Positions 19,070 to 29,266 of a DNA stretch of 64,000 nucleotides are shown here, piece by piece. Within the stretch, counting starts at the first letter, position 1, and the number at the start of each line of letters is the position of its first letter. The notes under the pieces are model-generated. The model did no database searches, was not told the DNA's origin, and worked only from the letters and a program-made list of their open reading frames with translations. Origin of the DNA: an uncultured Planctomycetales bacterium (GTDB lineage Bacteria; Omnitrophota; Gorgyraeia; Gygaellales; Profunditerraquicolaceae); the NCBI GenBank assembly GCA_964354795.1, contig CAYHBB010000037.1:46197-110196 (forward strand), read 5' to 3'. The translations under genes were made by a program, and so were the position numbers.

Positions 19070-20125
19070 TTAACTAAATTTATCGATTACTCCCTTATAC
19101 TCGCTCAATTGCCCTACATCAATCCAAGATTTTTCGGACACCGGAAAAATCCCGATCTTCATGCTGTTATCTTGCGCCTTCCGAATTAGGTCAGGCATAT
19201 CCATATATGTATTTTTGGGAATATACTGCAAAACAGCCGGCTCTAATAGATAAAGGCCGGTATTCACAAGAAAATCATACTGGGGTTTTTCATGGATTGC
19301 CTTTAAAGAACCTCTATTATCGATTTCGCAAACACCGTAAGGAATGATGTATTGCTGCATAGAGCCTACCATTGTCACTGCGTAACCGCCTTTTTTATGA
19401 AAATCATAACAATCACCATAGTCTGTACGGATGATAATGTCACAGTTAGAAACAAAAAAAGAACCATTCATCTTTCCTTCCAATTGCTTCAATGCTCCGG
19501 TAGTGCCGAGTGGCTCATCCTCAAGGATATACTCGATATGATAGGGTAGCTCATGGTCATGAAAATATGCCCTAACCATCTTTTCCTTATACCTCAGAGA
19601 AATATAAAAATTACTCATCCCGAACTTATGAAACTCATCCATAATAACCTTGATAACCGGATCATTACCAAGTGGAATAAGCGGCTTAGGAAGGATTCGA
19701 GTAAAAGGATCTAATCGCGCCCCCTTTCCTCCAGCCATGATAACCACAGGGATGTCCAGAATCCGATTATTGTTGACCTTATCTTTACCATAAAAATTTT
19801 CTACCGTTATAATATCAATTAGCTTGCCATTTTCCAGCACTGGGATTTGCTGAACAATGGTATTAGCAAAAATTTTTTCAACTTCTTCTTGAGAATAATT
19901 ATTCTGCACACTAAAAAACCCCCTGTTAACAATTTTAATTACATTCTCATCGAGTTGAATTCCATTATGTACGGCGCGCCTAAAATCGCCATCCGAAATG
20001 ACACCGATGACATTACCTTCATCGTCAACGCATACACAAAAACCCATGCCCCCTTCATCCATTTGTCTAACTGCATTCCGAATCGAAAAGTGCAATGAAA
20101 TCTTATATTTATCAATTTCCATCAT
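19070..20125 (-). CDS. CBS-domain nucleotidyltransferase (PtmE-like sugar-1-phosphate guanylyltransferase)
   Basis: CBS pair (GVISDGDFRR), then MAGGKGARLDPFTRILPKPL, PLGTTG and WIDVG. Confidence 0.88.
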   Translation of the reverse strand: MMEIDKYKISLHFSIRNAVRQMDEGGMGFCVCVDDEGNVIGVISDGDFRRAVHNGIQLDENVIKIVNRGFFSVQNNYSQEEVEKIFANTIVQQIPVLENGKLIDIITVENFYGKDKVNNNRILDIPVVIMAGGKGARLDPFTRILPKPLIPLGNDPVIKVIMDEFHKFGMSNFYISLRYKEKMVRAYFHDHELPYHIEYILEDEPLGTTGALKQLEGKMNGSFFVSNCDIIIRTDYGDCYDFHKKGGYAVTMVGSMQQYIIPYGVCEIDNRGSLKAIHEKPQYDFLVNTGLYLLEPAVLQYIPKNTYMDMPDLIRKAQDNSMKIGIFPVSEKSWIDVGQLSEYKGVIDKFS

Positions 20126-20152
20126 TTACTTAACCTTTCTAGTAACTACCCA

Positions 20153-20983
20153 TTAATTATCTTTTTGGCATGTCAATAAAATCCTATTCGAATTTTCTGA
20201 GTCATACGGCTTGCCGTCGTAACCACCATAGAAAAATGGCTCTTTGAATCTGGCTTTTAAAACCATTTTTTCTAATTCAGCTACAGTGTATATCTTTGAG
20301 TAATCTATTTTTTTAGATTCCCCTAACTTATTACGGTGAAGATAGCGACTTTCTATGCACGCTAAACCATCTTGAAAAGAACAATCTATCCTGTATAGGG
20401 AATAAAGGAACTTATTGCTCTCAGGTAATTCTTCCCATTTATAGTAAACCCCTGAATCCTTGCAAAGACGCTTAACGTCTAAAAAACTGGACATCTCCAA
20501 AATAAGCCACCCCTTTATATTTAAAGCCTTGTGGATCCGCTGCAACACTTGGCTAGGCAATCCTGAGTCTACAGAATGAAAAAGATTGAAAGTGCTATCT
20601 AAGATAGTGCATACATCAAATTTCCTGGATTCAAAAGATGCTTTGCGCACATCCATATTGATATTTTCAACCGATTTATATTGCCCATCTCGTTTCCATC
20701 GCTCAGCAAAATCATAACGCGTTTTAGAGATCTCTATCCCCATCCCTCGAGATAAAATGCCCGCATCGTGGAGTGCATAAAGAAAACAACTGCTGCCTGA
20801 ACCAATATCTAAAACAGATACAGGCACTTTGCCCCTAATCTCTTTCCTGAGAAAAGTTACAGCCCCTGAAGCGAAACGCTTGCGTTCCTCCCGATATTTT
20901 TCAATCGCCTCCTTGGATATAAAGGTCGTTAAGTCCTCTACCCCTTTATAAGCTCGTAAATTATGTTCGCAATTATTTAACAT
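20153..20983 (-). CDS. Class I SAM-dependent methyltransferase
   Basis: VLDIGSGS motif I. The start was placed at ATG 20983, which overlaps the upstream stop. Confidence 0.8.
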   Translation of the reverse strand: MLNNCEHNLRAYKGVEDLTTFISKEAIEKYREERKRFASGAVTFLRKEIRGKVPVSVLDIGSGSSCFLYALHDAGILSRGMGIEISKTRYDFAERWKRDGQYKSVENINMDVRKASFESRKFDVCTILDSTFNLFHSVDSGLPSQVLQRIHKALNIKGWLILEMSSFLDVKRLCKDSGVYYKWEELPESNKFLYSLYRIDCSFQDGLACIESRYLHRNKLGESKKIDYSKIYTVAELEKMVLKARFKEPFFYGGYDGKPYDSENSNRILLTCQKDN

Positions 20984-22274
20984 ATTTTTCCTCAAGATGT
21001 AACAGCTCATTTTTATTATTTAAAACTTTTTTAATTCCCGCGATAAAAACATCTATGTCTTCTTCTGTTAATGGGTAATGACATATTGGTGTTGTAATAA
21101 GCTCCTCAGAGTACATTCTCTCGCAAACAGGGGCTATTCCCTTCGGATAAGATATTACTTTCTTCATATGCGGCCCTCGAAAAGGAAATCCGCTGTCTCC
21201 GTAAGCCAATAATTGCTGATACATTGGCTCCCAATAAATAGGCCTTGTATATCCTGCGAATAGAGGAAGGCCTTCTGCTCTTACCGCTTCCGTAAATTTA
21301 TTTCTATGTATACCGGCTTCTCGTGAATTGAATTTCATTGGATAGACAAAGTATACGTGCTTAGAATAGCTTTTGATTTGCGGAGGGGTAATTATCGGCT
21401 TAAACTGCTGTAACTGTTTGGTTAGATACTCCGCCAAACGGATGCGATGCTGAGTCAGCCTATCTAATTTCTTAAACTGAGCTATTCCTACAGCCGCCTC
21501 TAATTCCGTCATTCTGTAATTATACCCGACTATGCCAGCAATTGTTTTTACAGGGTAATGTTCGACAACAACCTCACCATGATTCCTGATGAGGCTTATT
21601 CTCTTCGCCAATTCATCATCATTAGTAACTACGACCCCCCCTTCCCCCGTTGATATTGTTTTGTTTTGATTAAAACTAAATACTCCAATATCTCCGATAG
21701 TCCCAAGTGGCCTGCCTTTATATGAACACGCGGGCGCTTGCGCGACATCCTCAATAACTCTCAGCCCATTTTCCCCGGCAATCTTCATTATTTCATCCAT
21801 TTCAGCGGGATATCCAAAAAGATGAACTACAATTACTGCCTTGGTTTGCGCAGTTATGGCTTTCCTGAGTTCCTCCGGGTTAATATTGAAAGTGTCTTCG
21901 TCGATATCCACAAATACCGGAATGGCATTATGCATAATAGCGGCAGTTGCTGACGCACACATACTATAGGGCGTTACTAAGATCTCATCTCCGGGATTTA
22001 CATTTATTGCGGCAACAGCAGCGTGCAATCCTGCTGTAGCGGAATTAACGGCCAGCGCATGTTTTACATGATAATAATCCTCGAATAACCCTTCGAGTTG
22101 TTTGACTTTTTCGCCTCCAAAAAATTTCTCTCCAGGTGAAGCGAGAAATCCGGACAGCGCCTTACTGTCTATAACTTCCAAAACTAAGCGTTTTTCTTCA
22201 TCACCAAAATCTTGTTGGGGCGCAAACTCTTTATTCCTGATTTTTTCCCCACCCAATAGAGCTAATTTAGGCAT
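20973..22274 (-). CDS. DegT/DnrJ/EryC1/StrS aminotransferase
   Basis: NSATAGLH, IEDVAQA, FSFNQNKTISTGEGG and GYNYRMTE. Confidence 0.9.
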   Translation of the reverse strand: MPKLALLGGEKIRNKEFAPQQDFGDEEKRLVLEVIDSKALSGFLASPGEKFFGGEKVKQLEGLFEDYYHVKHALAVNSATAGLHAAVAAINVNPGDEILVTPYSMCASATAAIMHNAIPVFVDIDEDTFNINPEELRKAITAQTKAVIVVHLFGYPAEMDEIMKIAGENGLRVIEDVAQAPACSYKGRPLGTIGDIGVFSFNQNKTISTGEGGVVVTNDDELAKRISLIRNHGEVVVEHYPVKTIAGIVGYNYRMTELEAAVGIAQFKKLDRLTQHRIRLAEYLTKQLQQFKPIITPPQIKSYSKHVYFVYPMKFNSREAGIHRNKFTEAVRAEGLPLFAGYTRPIYWEPMYQQLLAYGDSGFPFRGPHMKKVISYPKGIAPVCERMYSEELITTPICHYPLTEEDIDVFIAGIKKVLNNKNELLHLEEKYVK

Positions 22275-22285
22275 AAAAAATTCTC

Positions 22286-23338
22286 CTATTTTGATTTTAT
22301 TGTCATGTCCCTGTCTTTCAATGGCAAGCTAATCGTCTTATTACCTCCCATTGCCGAAGCGTGAAAGGCACAAATGATTTCCAACGATCTAACGCCATCA
22401 ATCCCAGTACAAGCAGGCATAGCGTTTGAAGACAGGCATTCAACGATATTCTGTGCCGCATTTTTCATTATCGATTTTTGTGTCACCTCGATAGGGCTGT
22501 CCCCCTTAAAGAGCGCTCTATAGCCGGCGCTTTCAGCGCTGTTATGCATCTGCCAATACGCGATCTTAAAACCATTATCCTCGATTCGCAACCTTCCAGA
22601 CGTTCCGTATATATCAAACTCAAATAAACTATAATAACTTGCATCCAAGGATTGGAGCGTAGCGGTCGCTCCATTTTGAAATACAATATAGCCATCCATA
22701 TCCGGATCATCTTTATTGGAATCGCCCTTATACCAAGCACAAACACTTTTAATCTCTCCGAATAACATCCTAAAGACATCAAATGCATGCGAACATGTGT
22801 TAGCTATCCCAGAGGTATAATAACAATTCACCTGTTGGATGCTCCCCATGCGCCCTTCCTTAATAAAATTTCTAATCTTCCTATACAGATCATCCCACCG
22901 GCGGCGATGATTAACAAACAAATGGATCTTATGTTCGTTGGCAATTTCTACCATTCTATCGGCATTGGCTATTGAATTAGAAAGCGGTTTTTCGCAAAAG
23001 ACGACCTTGACATTTCTTTTTGCTGCCTCTTCCAATATTTCTAAGTGTGTCGTATTCCACGTGCAGATACTGAGGATATCGATATTTTCATTCTCTAATA
23101 ATTTTCCGTAATCCTTATACAGCATGTGAACGCCCCAACGTTTACCAAATTTATTCAGCTTCTCATCAGAAATATCAGAAGCGGCGACCAATTCAATATT
23201 TGGATTATCGACATAAGCACCCGCATGAGTTGATATGCCATAGCTTTTCCTCATCAAAGGATCATCATCAAATTCGCTGGCAATCCTACCGCATCCAATA
23301 ATAGCCGCCCTATATTTTCCCAATTGCCCCGCCATCAT
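22286..23338 (-). CDS. Gfo/Idh/MocA family oxidoreductase
   Basis: IIGCGRIA, FCEKPL and NHRRRW. Confidence 0.88.
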   Translation of the reverse strand: MMAGQLGKYRAAIIGCGRIASEFDDDPLMRKSYGISTHAGAYVDNPNIELVAASDISDEKLNKFGKRWGVHMLYKDYGKLLENENIDILSICTWNTTHLEILEEAAKRNVKVVFCEKPLSNSIANADRMVEIANEHKIHLFVNHRRRWDDLYRKIRNFIKEGRMGSIQQVNCYYTSGIANTCSHAFDVFRMLFGEIKSVCAWYKGDSNKDDPDMDGYIVFQNGATATLQSLDASYYSLFEFDIYGTSGRLRIEDNGFKIAYWQMHNSAESAGYRALFKGDSPIEVTQKSIMKNAAQNIVECLSSNAMPACTGIDGVRSLEIICAFHASAMGGNKTISLPLKDRDMTIKSK

Positions 23339-24092
23339 CCCTCCCTGCTACTGCAATGTTACGAACTCTGTTATTTATTCTAAGTAGATCCGGCTGATGC
23401 TCAAATAAACTCAGGATATCGCCATAATCAAAACATGGGTTTTTATCGTACAATTCTTTATATATAATTTCGATCAAATGCAGGTCTTCCTTGTAATCCA
23501 CTACCAATCGTAGATCGGGACGGCGGTATCTGCCTTCCGCTTCAATATTTAAAAGCTTATATCTTTCGGGATGCTCATAAATATATAAAGAAACGTTTTC
23601 CCGATCCGGTGGGTCGGTTGTTAAACTCGCCACTTCTTCTAACGTTTTAGTAGTAAACAGCTTCGCATCCAAACCAAGAGGGAATGTCTTAACTAAATGA
23701 CATCCCACATAATCAACATTATTATCCAAAAAGGTATGTATTTGCATATCAATAATCCCCGGATCAACAACCGGGCAATCTCCGCAGGTTTCAACAATAA
23801 GATCGATTTCATACTTTTGCGCTGCTTTTAATACCCTATCTAACACGTCCTCAGAGCTTCCCTGATAATAGCCTATTCCCATTTCTTTTGCCAAGTCAAC
23901 GACAGGACTATCTTCCGGCTGGTCGGTCGTAGCTAGTACAATTACATCCACTAATTTCACGTTCTTTAATCGTCCTATCATTCTTGCCAACATTGGTTTT
24001 CCATGCAAGAGCTCTAATATTTTTCCCGGAAATCTAGTAGAATTCATCCTTGCTTCGATTGTTATTCCAATTTTTTTTCCTTTATTATGCAT
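23310..24092 (-). CDS. SpsF-type cytidylyltransferase
   Basis: EARMNSTRFPGK, GSSEDVLDR, GDCP and RLVVDYKED. The start was placed at ATG 24092 behind a GAGG SD. Confidence 0.85.
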   Translation of the reverse strand: MHNKGKKIGITIEARMNSTRFPGKILELLHGKPMLARMIGRLKNVKLVDVIVLATTDQPEDSPVVDLAKEMGIGYYQGSSEDVLDRVLKAAQKYEIDLIVETCGDCPVVDPGIIDMQIHTFLDNNVDYVGCHLVKTFPLGLDAKLFTTKTLEEVASLTTDPPDRENVSLYIYEHPERYKLLNIEAEGRYRRPDLRLVVDYKEDLHLIEIIYKELYDKNPCFDYGDILSLFEHQPDLLRINNRVRNIAVAGRDDGGAIGKI

Positions 24093-24124
24093 TTTCCATA
24101 ACCTCACCAGTAAAAGATTTTCCC

Positions 24125-25189
24125 TTATATATGAATATCGACATCATTCCAAGTTATCACGCAATCCTCAGGAATATCCCGGCCTGCTTTCTTACCTAAA
24201 ATCTTCTCCTTATCTGAAGGCCTTAATCCTGTCCCAGGACGTTTATATGTTAAGTCTTCTTCTTTAATAACCTCTCCTTTAGCAATGTTACGTGTAGTGA
24301 CTAAGCTTCTCCTAAATTTTAATTTTTTTTCTAATTCTTGTTCCGTCAACTCTTTCTCAGATGTCCCCAGTGAATCATATATACGCTTCGATTCTTCACA
24401 AATAATCTTCATTTCCACTGGATTGGCAGAAACTTTATGATCCCAACCCGGCATGTTCTTATCTAAAGTAAAATGCTTTTCAATAACCTTTGCCCCTAAA
24501 GCCACTGCCGCCAAGGAAATAGAATATCCTAAAGTATGATCCGAATAACCAATTTGAAGATCAAATTTATCAATCAATTTCCTCATAAACTGAAGATTAA
24601 CCATTTGATCTTGGGGTGGATACAACGATACGCAATGCAATAAAGTAATATTTTTTCGACAACGTTTAGGAATAATATTATAAAATGCCTCAATTTCAAC
24701 CAATGAAGCTAACCCTGCTGAAACTACCGTTGGGTAGTCTTTCGAAACAATATAATCAAGAAAATCTAAATTATCAATATCCATAGACGCAACTTTTAGA
24801 AAAGATACTTTCTGATCAATCAAAAAATCAACACCGTCCTGCGTAACTACTGTCGACGCATAATCTAAACCTAAGCCTTTTGCAAATCGAAATAACTCAA
24901 TATGCTCATCTTTATATATGGCAAATTTATTCACTTGATCAAAAATGTTATTTAACCCAAGCTCTTTTGTCTTCCATTCCTTTATATTTTCTAATTGAAT
25001 TTTACCGTCATTAAGATCCTGCAGATACTGTTTTGTAAATAAATCTTCTTGTTGCCATAGCTGCAACTTAATAGCCTGACATCCGCAGTCTTTAGCCGCA
25101 AAAATCATCTTTTTTGCAAGCTCAACATCTCCATTATGATTACATCCTATTTCGGCAATAATATAGGGATATCCGTGATTATCCAACAT
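24125..25189 (-). CDS. neuB: N-acetylneuraminate synthase family protein with SAF domain
   Basis: IIAEIGCNHNG, KVASMD, LLHCVSLYP, GYSDHT, EKHFTLD and KRPGTG. Confidence 0.9.
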   Translation of the reverse strand: MLDNHGYPYIIAEIGCNHNGDVELAKKMIFAAKDCGCQAIKLQLWQQEDLFTKQYLQDLNDGKIQLENIKEWKTKELGLNNIFDQVNKFAIYKDEHIELFRFAKGLGLDYASTVVTQDGVDFLIDQKVSFLKVASMDIDNLDFLDYIVSKDYPTVVSAGLASLVEIEAFYNIIPKRCRKNITLLHCVSLYPPQDQMVNLQFMRKLIDKFDLQIGYSDHTLGYSISLAAVALGAKVIEKHFTLDKNMPGWDHKVSANPVEMKIICEESKRIYDSLGTSEKELTEQELEKKLKFRRSLVTTRNIAKGEVIKEEDLTYKRPGTGLRPSDKEKILGKKAGRDIPEDCVITWNDVDIHI

Positions 25190-26054
25190 TATACCTCCTT
25201 ATCCATTGAATTTCTTCTAACCAAAGTGGTGGGCGATTAACTTCCTTTTTGACTAATTCTATATATTGACACCATCCATCCGCTTCTTGCAGTTCTTGCC
25301 TAAGCTGTTCAAGCTGTTGCTTCAATATGTTAAAAGAATCATCTACACTTATCATTTTTGCGAAATGTCTTATTTTAATATCTAATCCATTCTGAAAAGT
25401 AAAAGGCGTTATTTGATCAAGGCTTAATGTATTATAATCATAAAGACGATGATAAGTTTTTGTATCATTTACGAAAACCGCAGAAAAACCCTCTTTCAAC
25501 AAACAAGAAAATAAAAACCAATCTACAGCTATTAAATCATCCCCGAAACGACAACTCTTTAACGCGCTCCCTTTAATTGCCGAATTCCCAAAACCAAAAA
25601 TATTCTTGTTTTTTAGAAAATCAAACCCAACTTCATACCGATGCGGTAACCTCTGCGAAATATACTTTTCTTTTATTAAACAAGAATCCGTATTTACTAA
25701 ATCAAAATCATTTACCACAATATCGTACTTTGTTAGCCAACTTAAACATTTTTCAATTCGGTCCAAGCCATAATAATCATCCGCGTCCCCGAGAATGATA
25801 TCTTCATATTTTTGCCCTGCTAAAAACTGAAATCCTTTCTCGCGATTTTTGACCGGTGTATCTTGAGATTTTATCTCAATGATATTGAGGTGTTGATATC
25901 TTTCTGTAAATTTTCCAAAATTTTCTAGCTTATCATTAACTAAAACTAGATCAAAATCTTTATAGGTTTGATCCTTTAATGATGAAAAAAAATCGTCTAA
26001 ATATTTTTCGACACCGGGAAAAACGACTGAAAAAAAAGCAACTTTATGCGTCAT
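25179..26054 (-). CDS. Glycosyltransferase family 2-like protein
   Basis: LKDQTYKDFDLVLVND, DxD motif GDADD and AVDW. Confidence 0.7.
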   Translation of the reverse strand: MTHKVAFFSVVFPGVEKYLDDFFSSLKDQTYKDFDLVLVNDKLENFGKFTERYQHLNIIEIKSQDTPVKNREKGFQFLAGQKYEDIILGDADDYYGLDRIEKCLSWLTKYDIVVNDFDLVNTDSCLIKEKYISQRLPHRYEVGFDFLKNKNIFGFGNSAIKGSALKSCRFGDDLIAVDWFLFSCLLKEGFSAVFVNDTKTYHRLYDYNTLSLDQITPFTFQNGLDIKIRHFAKMISVDDSFNILKQQLEQLRQELQEADGWCQYIELVKKEVNRPPLWLEEIQWIRRYNVG

Positions 26055-26844
26055 TATCAGCCTTTTTATTCGCGCAAACCATTACCATTTCCTTGGATAT
26101 CCCTAATGACTCAACATCGCTTGAAACTAGTTCTTCGATAGATGGCCGCTTCCCTGTTGCTTGGACAGATTCTTCAAATAGTAATGTTGCTAAGTAATAT
26201 TTTAAAAATTCTTCCTTATTCGGGAAAATTAACTTGATGGGTATTTTTTTCATACTTACTTCCGCAAATTTTTCTTTTAATTGAGGATAAAACTCTGCTT
26301 CAAGACGATCGCTGCGTAAATTTATCCGTTCATCTTTCTTAATGCCAAAAATTTGATTATTAAATTCATAGAGTTCTTCAGCATTATTCCGTGTTGGGCC
26401 AATGAGAGAAACAGAACCAAATGGTTTCAGGAGCCGCTCAAATTCATCAACAATCATTGCTACATTATCAACATAATAAACTGCAAAAGAAGAAATAATA
26501 TGGTCAAAATAAGAATCAATGAACGGCAATGCTTCACTCATGTTCGCTTTAATCAAGGTATAGGGCGTCTGAAATTTTGTTTCTTTCACCTTGGCCAAAA
26601 GTTCTTCAGACTTGTCCAAACCAATAATCATTCCATTTGTGCTCAATTTTTGTGCATAACAAGGGAAAAGATTTCCATTGCCACATCCAATATCTAAAAC
26701 AACGTCTCCTACCTTAAATTGTAGATAACCGTTTAACCAATCCTCCAAATTAAAGTTTGTAAATTTTCTATTTGCCTCAATCCGAATAGATAGCTTTTCT
26801 TGCGTTTCCTGATAAGTTAGCCAATCCATATTTAATTCTCCCAT
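26044..26844 (-). CDS. Class I SAM-dependent methyltransferase
   Basis: VLDIGCGNG, LPFIDSYFD and RLLKPFG. Confidence 0.85.
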   Translation of the reverse strand: MGELNMDWLTYQETQEKLSIRIEANRKFTNFNLEDWLNGYLQFKVGDVVLDIGCGNGNLFPCYAQKLSTNGMIIGLDKSEELLAKVKETKFQTPYTLIKANMSEALPFIDSYFDHIISSFAVYYVDNVAMIVDEFERLLKPFGSVSLIGPTRNNAEELYEFNNQIFGIKKDERINLRSDRLEAEFYPQLKEKFAEVSMKKIPIKLIFPNKEEFLKYYLATLLFEESVQATGKRPSIEELVSSDVESLGISKEMVMVCANKKADNDA

Positions 26845-26855
26845 GGCAAATCCTT

Positions 26856-27527
26856 TTACAATATTTCCTGAACAAGCATAAATGCTTCGGCGTATTTTTT
26901 TCCGATACGACTTCCTCTTAATTGCGCTAAAGCTCTTATCGATTCACGACATCGAGGTAATGGAGTCTTCATAATTTCCGATTTATAAACACCCATAATT
27001 TTTAATTTTTTTTCAAAATATAACGATACATCTATAAATACATTAGGAAAGAAAACTGATTCGGGCAATGCCGGAGCGAATTCTGTTTCAGATAAGACTT
27101 CGTACATAAGGATTCGTTCAATAAATGGGTAACGAAAATTTTTTGTACAGCTTAAAGCTGCGTTAAAGGCAATTTGGTGGTCTGTATGAATATCTGAACG
27201 ATTGGGTAGATAGATGATCTGTGGTTTAACCTCGCCAATTACTTTAGAAATAGACGAAATCAGATCTCCAAAAGGAACAAGCTCTAATTGTGCTGTTGGA
27301 TAACCCAAATTAAACGACTTTTCAAATCCATACATTGTCTCAACTTTAGCCATCTCTTTCTGACGACTTAATATCTTCTCTTTCGACCAACCATTTTTTT
27401 GAAAAATATTGGTTATCGTTAGCAAAAAAATTTGATCCTTTTTTGTTTTATGCCTAAGCAATGTTCCTCCGCACCCTAATGTTTCGTCGTCAGGGTGGGG
27501 TGCGACTACTAATATTTTATTGCGCAT
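26856..27527 (-). CDS. PIG-L family deacetylase
   Basis: VVAPHPDDETLGCGG, DIHTDH and YAEAF. Confidence 0.9.
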   Translation of the reverse strand: MRNKILVVAPHPDDETLGCGGTLLRHKTKKDQIFLLTITNIFQKNGWSKEKILSRQKEMAKVETMYGFEKSFNLGYPTAQLELVPFGDLISSISKVIGEVKPQIIYLPNRSDIHTDHQIAFNAALSCTKNFRYPFIERILMYEVLSETEFAPALPESVFFPNVFIDVSLYFEKKLKIMGVYKSEIMKTPLPRCRESIRALAQLRGSRIGKKYAEAFMLVQEIL

Positions 27528-27531
27528 AGGT

Positions 27532-28179
27532 TTAACCTTCCTTCTTTACGGGGCGCGCAGGATTTCCAACGTAGACCCCTGCTTTTGTGATAGTCTTCAC
27601 AACAACAGAACCCGCTCCTACGACGACATCATCCGCTATATTAATATTATTAGCAACCACGCTATTGCTTCCAATAAACACCCTGTTTCCTATCTTGCAC
27701 TTTCCATTAATGATACTGCCAGTTGAAATATGACAATGGTCGCCTATTTTTGCATCGTGCTCAATTAATACCGAGGTATTAATGATACAATTCTTACCGA
27801 TATACGCATCGGAATTAACCAACGCCTTGTGCATCACTATAGTTCCTTCGGCAATGCGAGCGCTTCGGGAAACATGCGCCAATGAGGAAATAATCACAGG
27901 TAATTTAGCGTCCAATGCTTTAAGATATTCGAATTTTTCTATCCTTTTACGCGGCTCTTTTATGCTCCCAATCGTAATTAAAAAATATTTATAACTCCTT
28001 ATTAAATTTTGCAAGTCTTTATCAACTGCTGTTATTTTATAGCCTAAAACATCCTGATGTAATCTGTCTTCCGTGTCGATTATTCCAGCTATCTTAAATT
28101 TACCTTCGGCTTCAATAACATCTACGCAGGATTTGCAATGACCGCCGCCACCGATTAAAATTAAGCTCTTCTTAGGCAC
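27532..28179 (-). CDS. NeuD/PglD-family sugar acetyltransferase
   Basis: IGGGGHCKS, IEHD, hexapeptide repeats and GNPAR. Confidence 0.88.
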   Translation of the reverse strand: MPKKSLILIGGGGHCKSCVDVIEAEGKFKIAGIIDTEDRLHQDVLGYKITAVDKDLQNLIRSYKYFLITIGSIKEPRKRIEKFEYLKALDAKLPVIISSLAHVSRSARIAEGTIVMHKALVNSDAYIGKNCIINTSVLIEHDAKIGDHCHISTGSIINGKCKIGNRVFIGSNSVVANNINIADDVVVGAGSVVVKTITKAGVYVGNPARPVKKEG

Positions 28180-29266
28180 TCAACACCTCTCTAATAATTA
28201 AAGCTGTTTCTTTTATATTGTTTTTCCCATTTACAGTCGAGCTCGGCAGGCAAATCCCTCTATTGTAAATTTCCCATGCATTAGAACAAATCTTCGAGTA
28301 CTTTTTAAAATAAGGCATTTTATTTAATGGCATGAATATTCTCCTCGTTGGAATATTCTTATTTTCTAAGCTTTGAATTAAGTCAGAAATATCAATCTTT
28401 TTGTTTATTTTAATACAGGTAAACCAACAACTCTCTTCAGCGTTGCCATGTTTATCTTGAAAACTGACACAAGGTAAATCGCCTAAAATTTCTTGATATA
28501 TTCCTCTAAAAACCTTTTTCTTAGCAAGGAATTGATCTATTTTCTCAAATTGTGCCAATCCTAAAGCGGCTTCGATATTGGTCATTCTATAATTAAATCC
28601 CATCTCGGAATGAAAACCCGGCCTATCTTTGTCTTTCGCTTGATTGGCTAAATATCTAATATGCTCGGTGCTATCAATATTATTACTAACAACCATGCCC
28701 CCTCCTCCGGTTGTTATTAATTTATTCCCGTTAAAGCTAAAACAACCAAAATCACCGAAAACGCCTGTATATTTACCATTAAACTTTGCGCCTAAACTCT
28801 CAGTAGCATCTTCAATAACATAAAGTTCATTTTCCTTAGCGATATCCATGATCTCCTTCATATGGCATGGATTACCATACAAATGAACAGGGATAATGGC
28901 CTTTGTTTTTTCGGTAATAGCTTCCTTTATTTTTTGAGGGTCTATATTCCATGTCTTCATATCAACGTCAACAATTACAGGAGTCGCGCCAACACAAAGA
29001 ACCGGATTAACCGTAGCTGTGAAAGTTAAAGCCGGCACGATAACTTCATCTCCCAGCCCTATCCCTAATTCGTATAACGACATATAAATTGCCGCTGTGC
29101 CGCTTTGAAGCGCAACCGCCCCTTTAATATTTAAATAATTCGCGACTATTTTTTCAAACTCAGGGATAAAAGGCCCAAAAGTAGAGACAAAACCACGGTT
29201 GATTACTTTATTAAGATATTTTTTTTCTCTCGCTCCTAAACAAGGAGCATCCAACTCTATTTTCAA
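28172..29266 (-). CDS. DegT-family aminotransferase (LegC-like)
   Basis: VSTFG, EDATESLG, SFNGNKLITTGGGG and GFNYRMTN. Confidence 0.88.
   Translation of the reverse strand: MKIELDAPCLGAREKKYLNKVINRGFVSTFGPFIPEFEKIVANYLNIKGAVALQSGTAAIYMSLYELGIGLGDEVIVPALTFTATVNPVLCVGATPVIVDVDMKTWNIDPQKIKEAITEKTKAIIPVHLYGNPCHMKEIMDIAKENELYVIEDATESLGAKFNGKYTGVFGDFGCFSFNGNKLITTGGGGMVVSNNIDSTEHIRYLANQAKDKDRPGFHSEMGFNYRMTNIEAALGLAQFEKIDQFLAKKKVFRGIYQEILGDLPCVSFQDKHGNAEESCWFTCIKINKKIDISDLIQSLENKNIPTRRIFMPLNKMPYFKKYSKICSNAWEIYNRGICLPSSTVNGKNNIKETALIIREVLSA

Noticed and set aside
2958-29226. A8/T8 homopolymers (e.g. near 2958, 4547, 5193, 24071, 24323, 29219) as phase-variation tracts
   Set aside because: Runs of 8 A/T are expected in AT-rich genes, all frames are intact, and no long G/C tract was seen.
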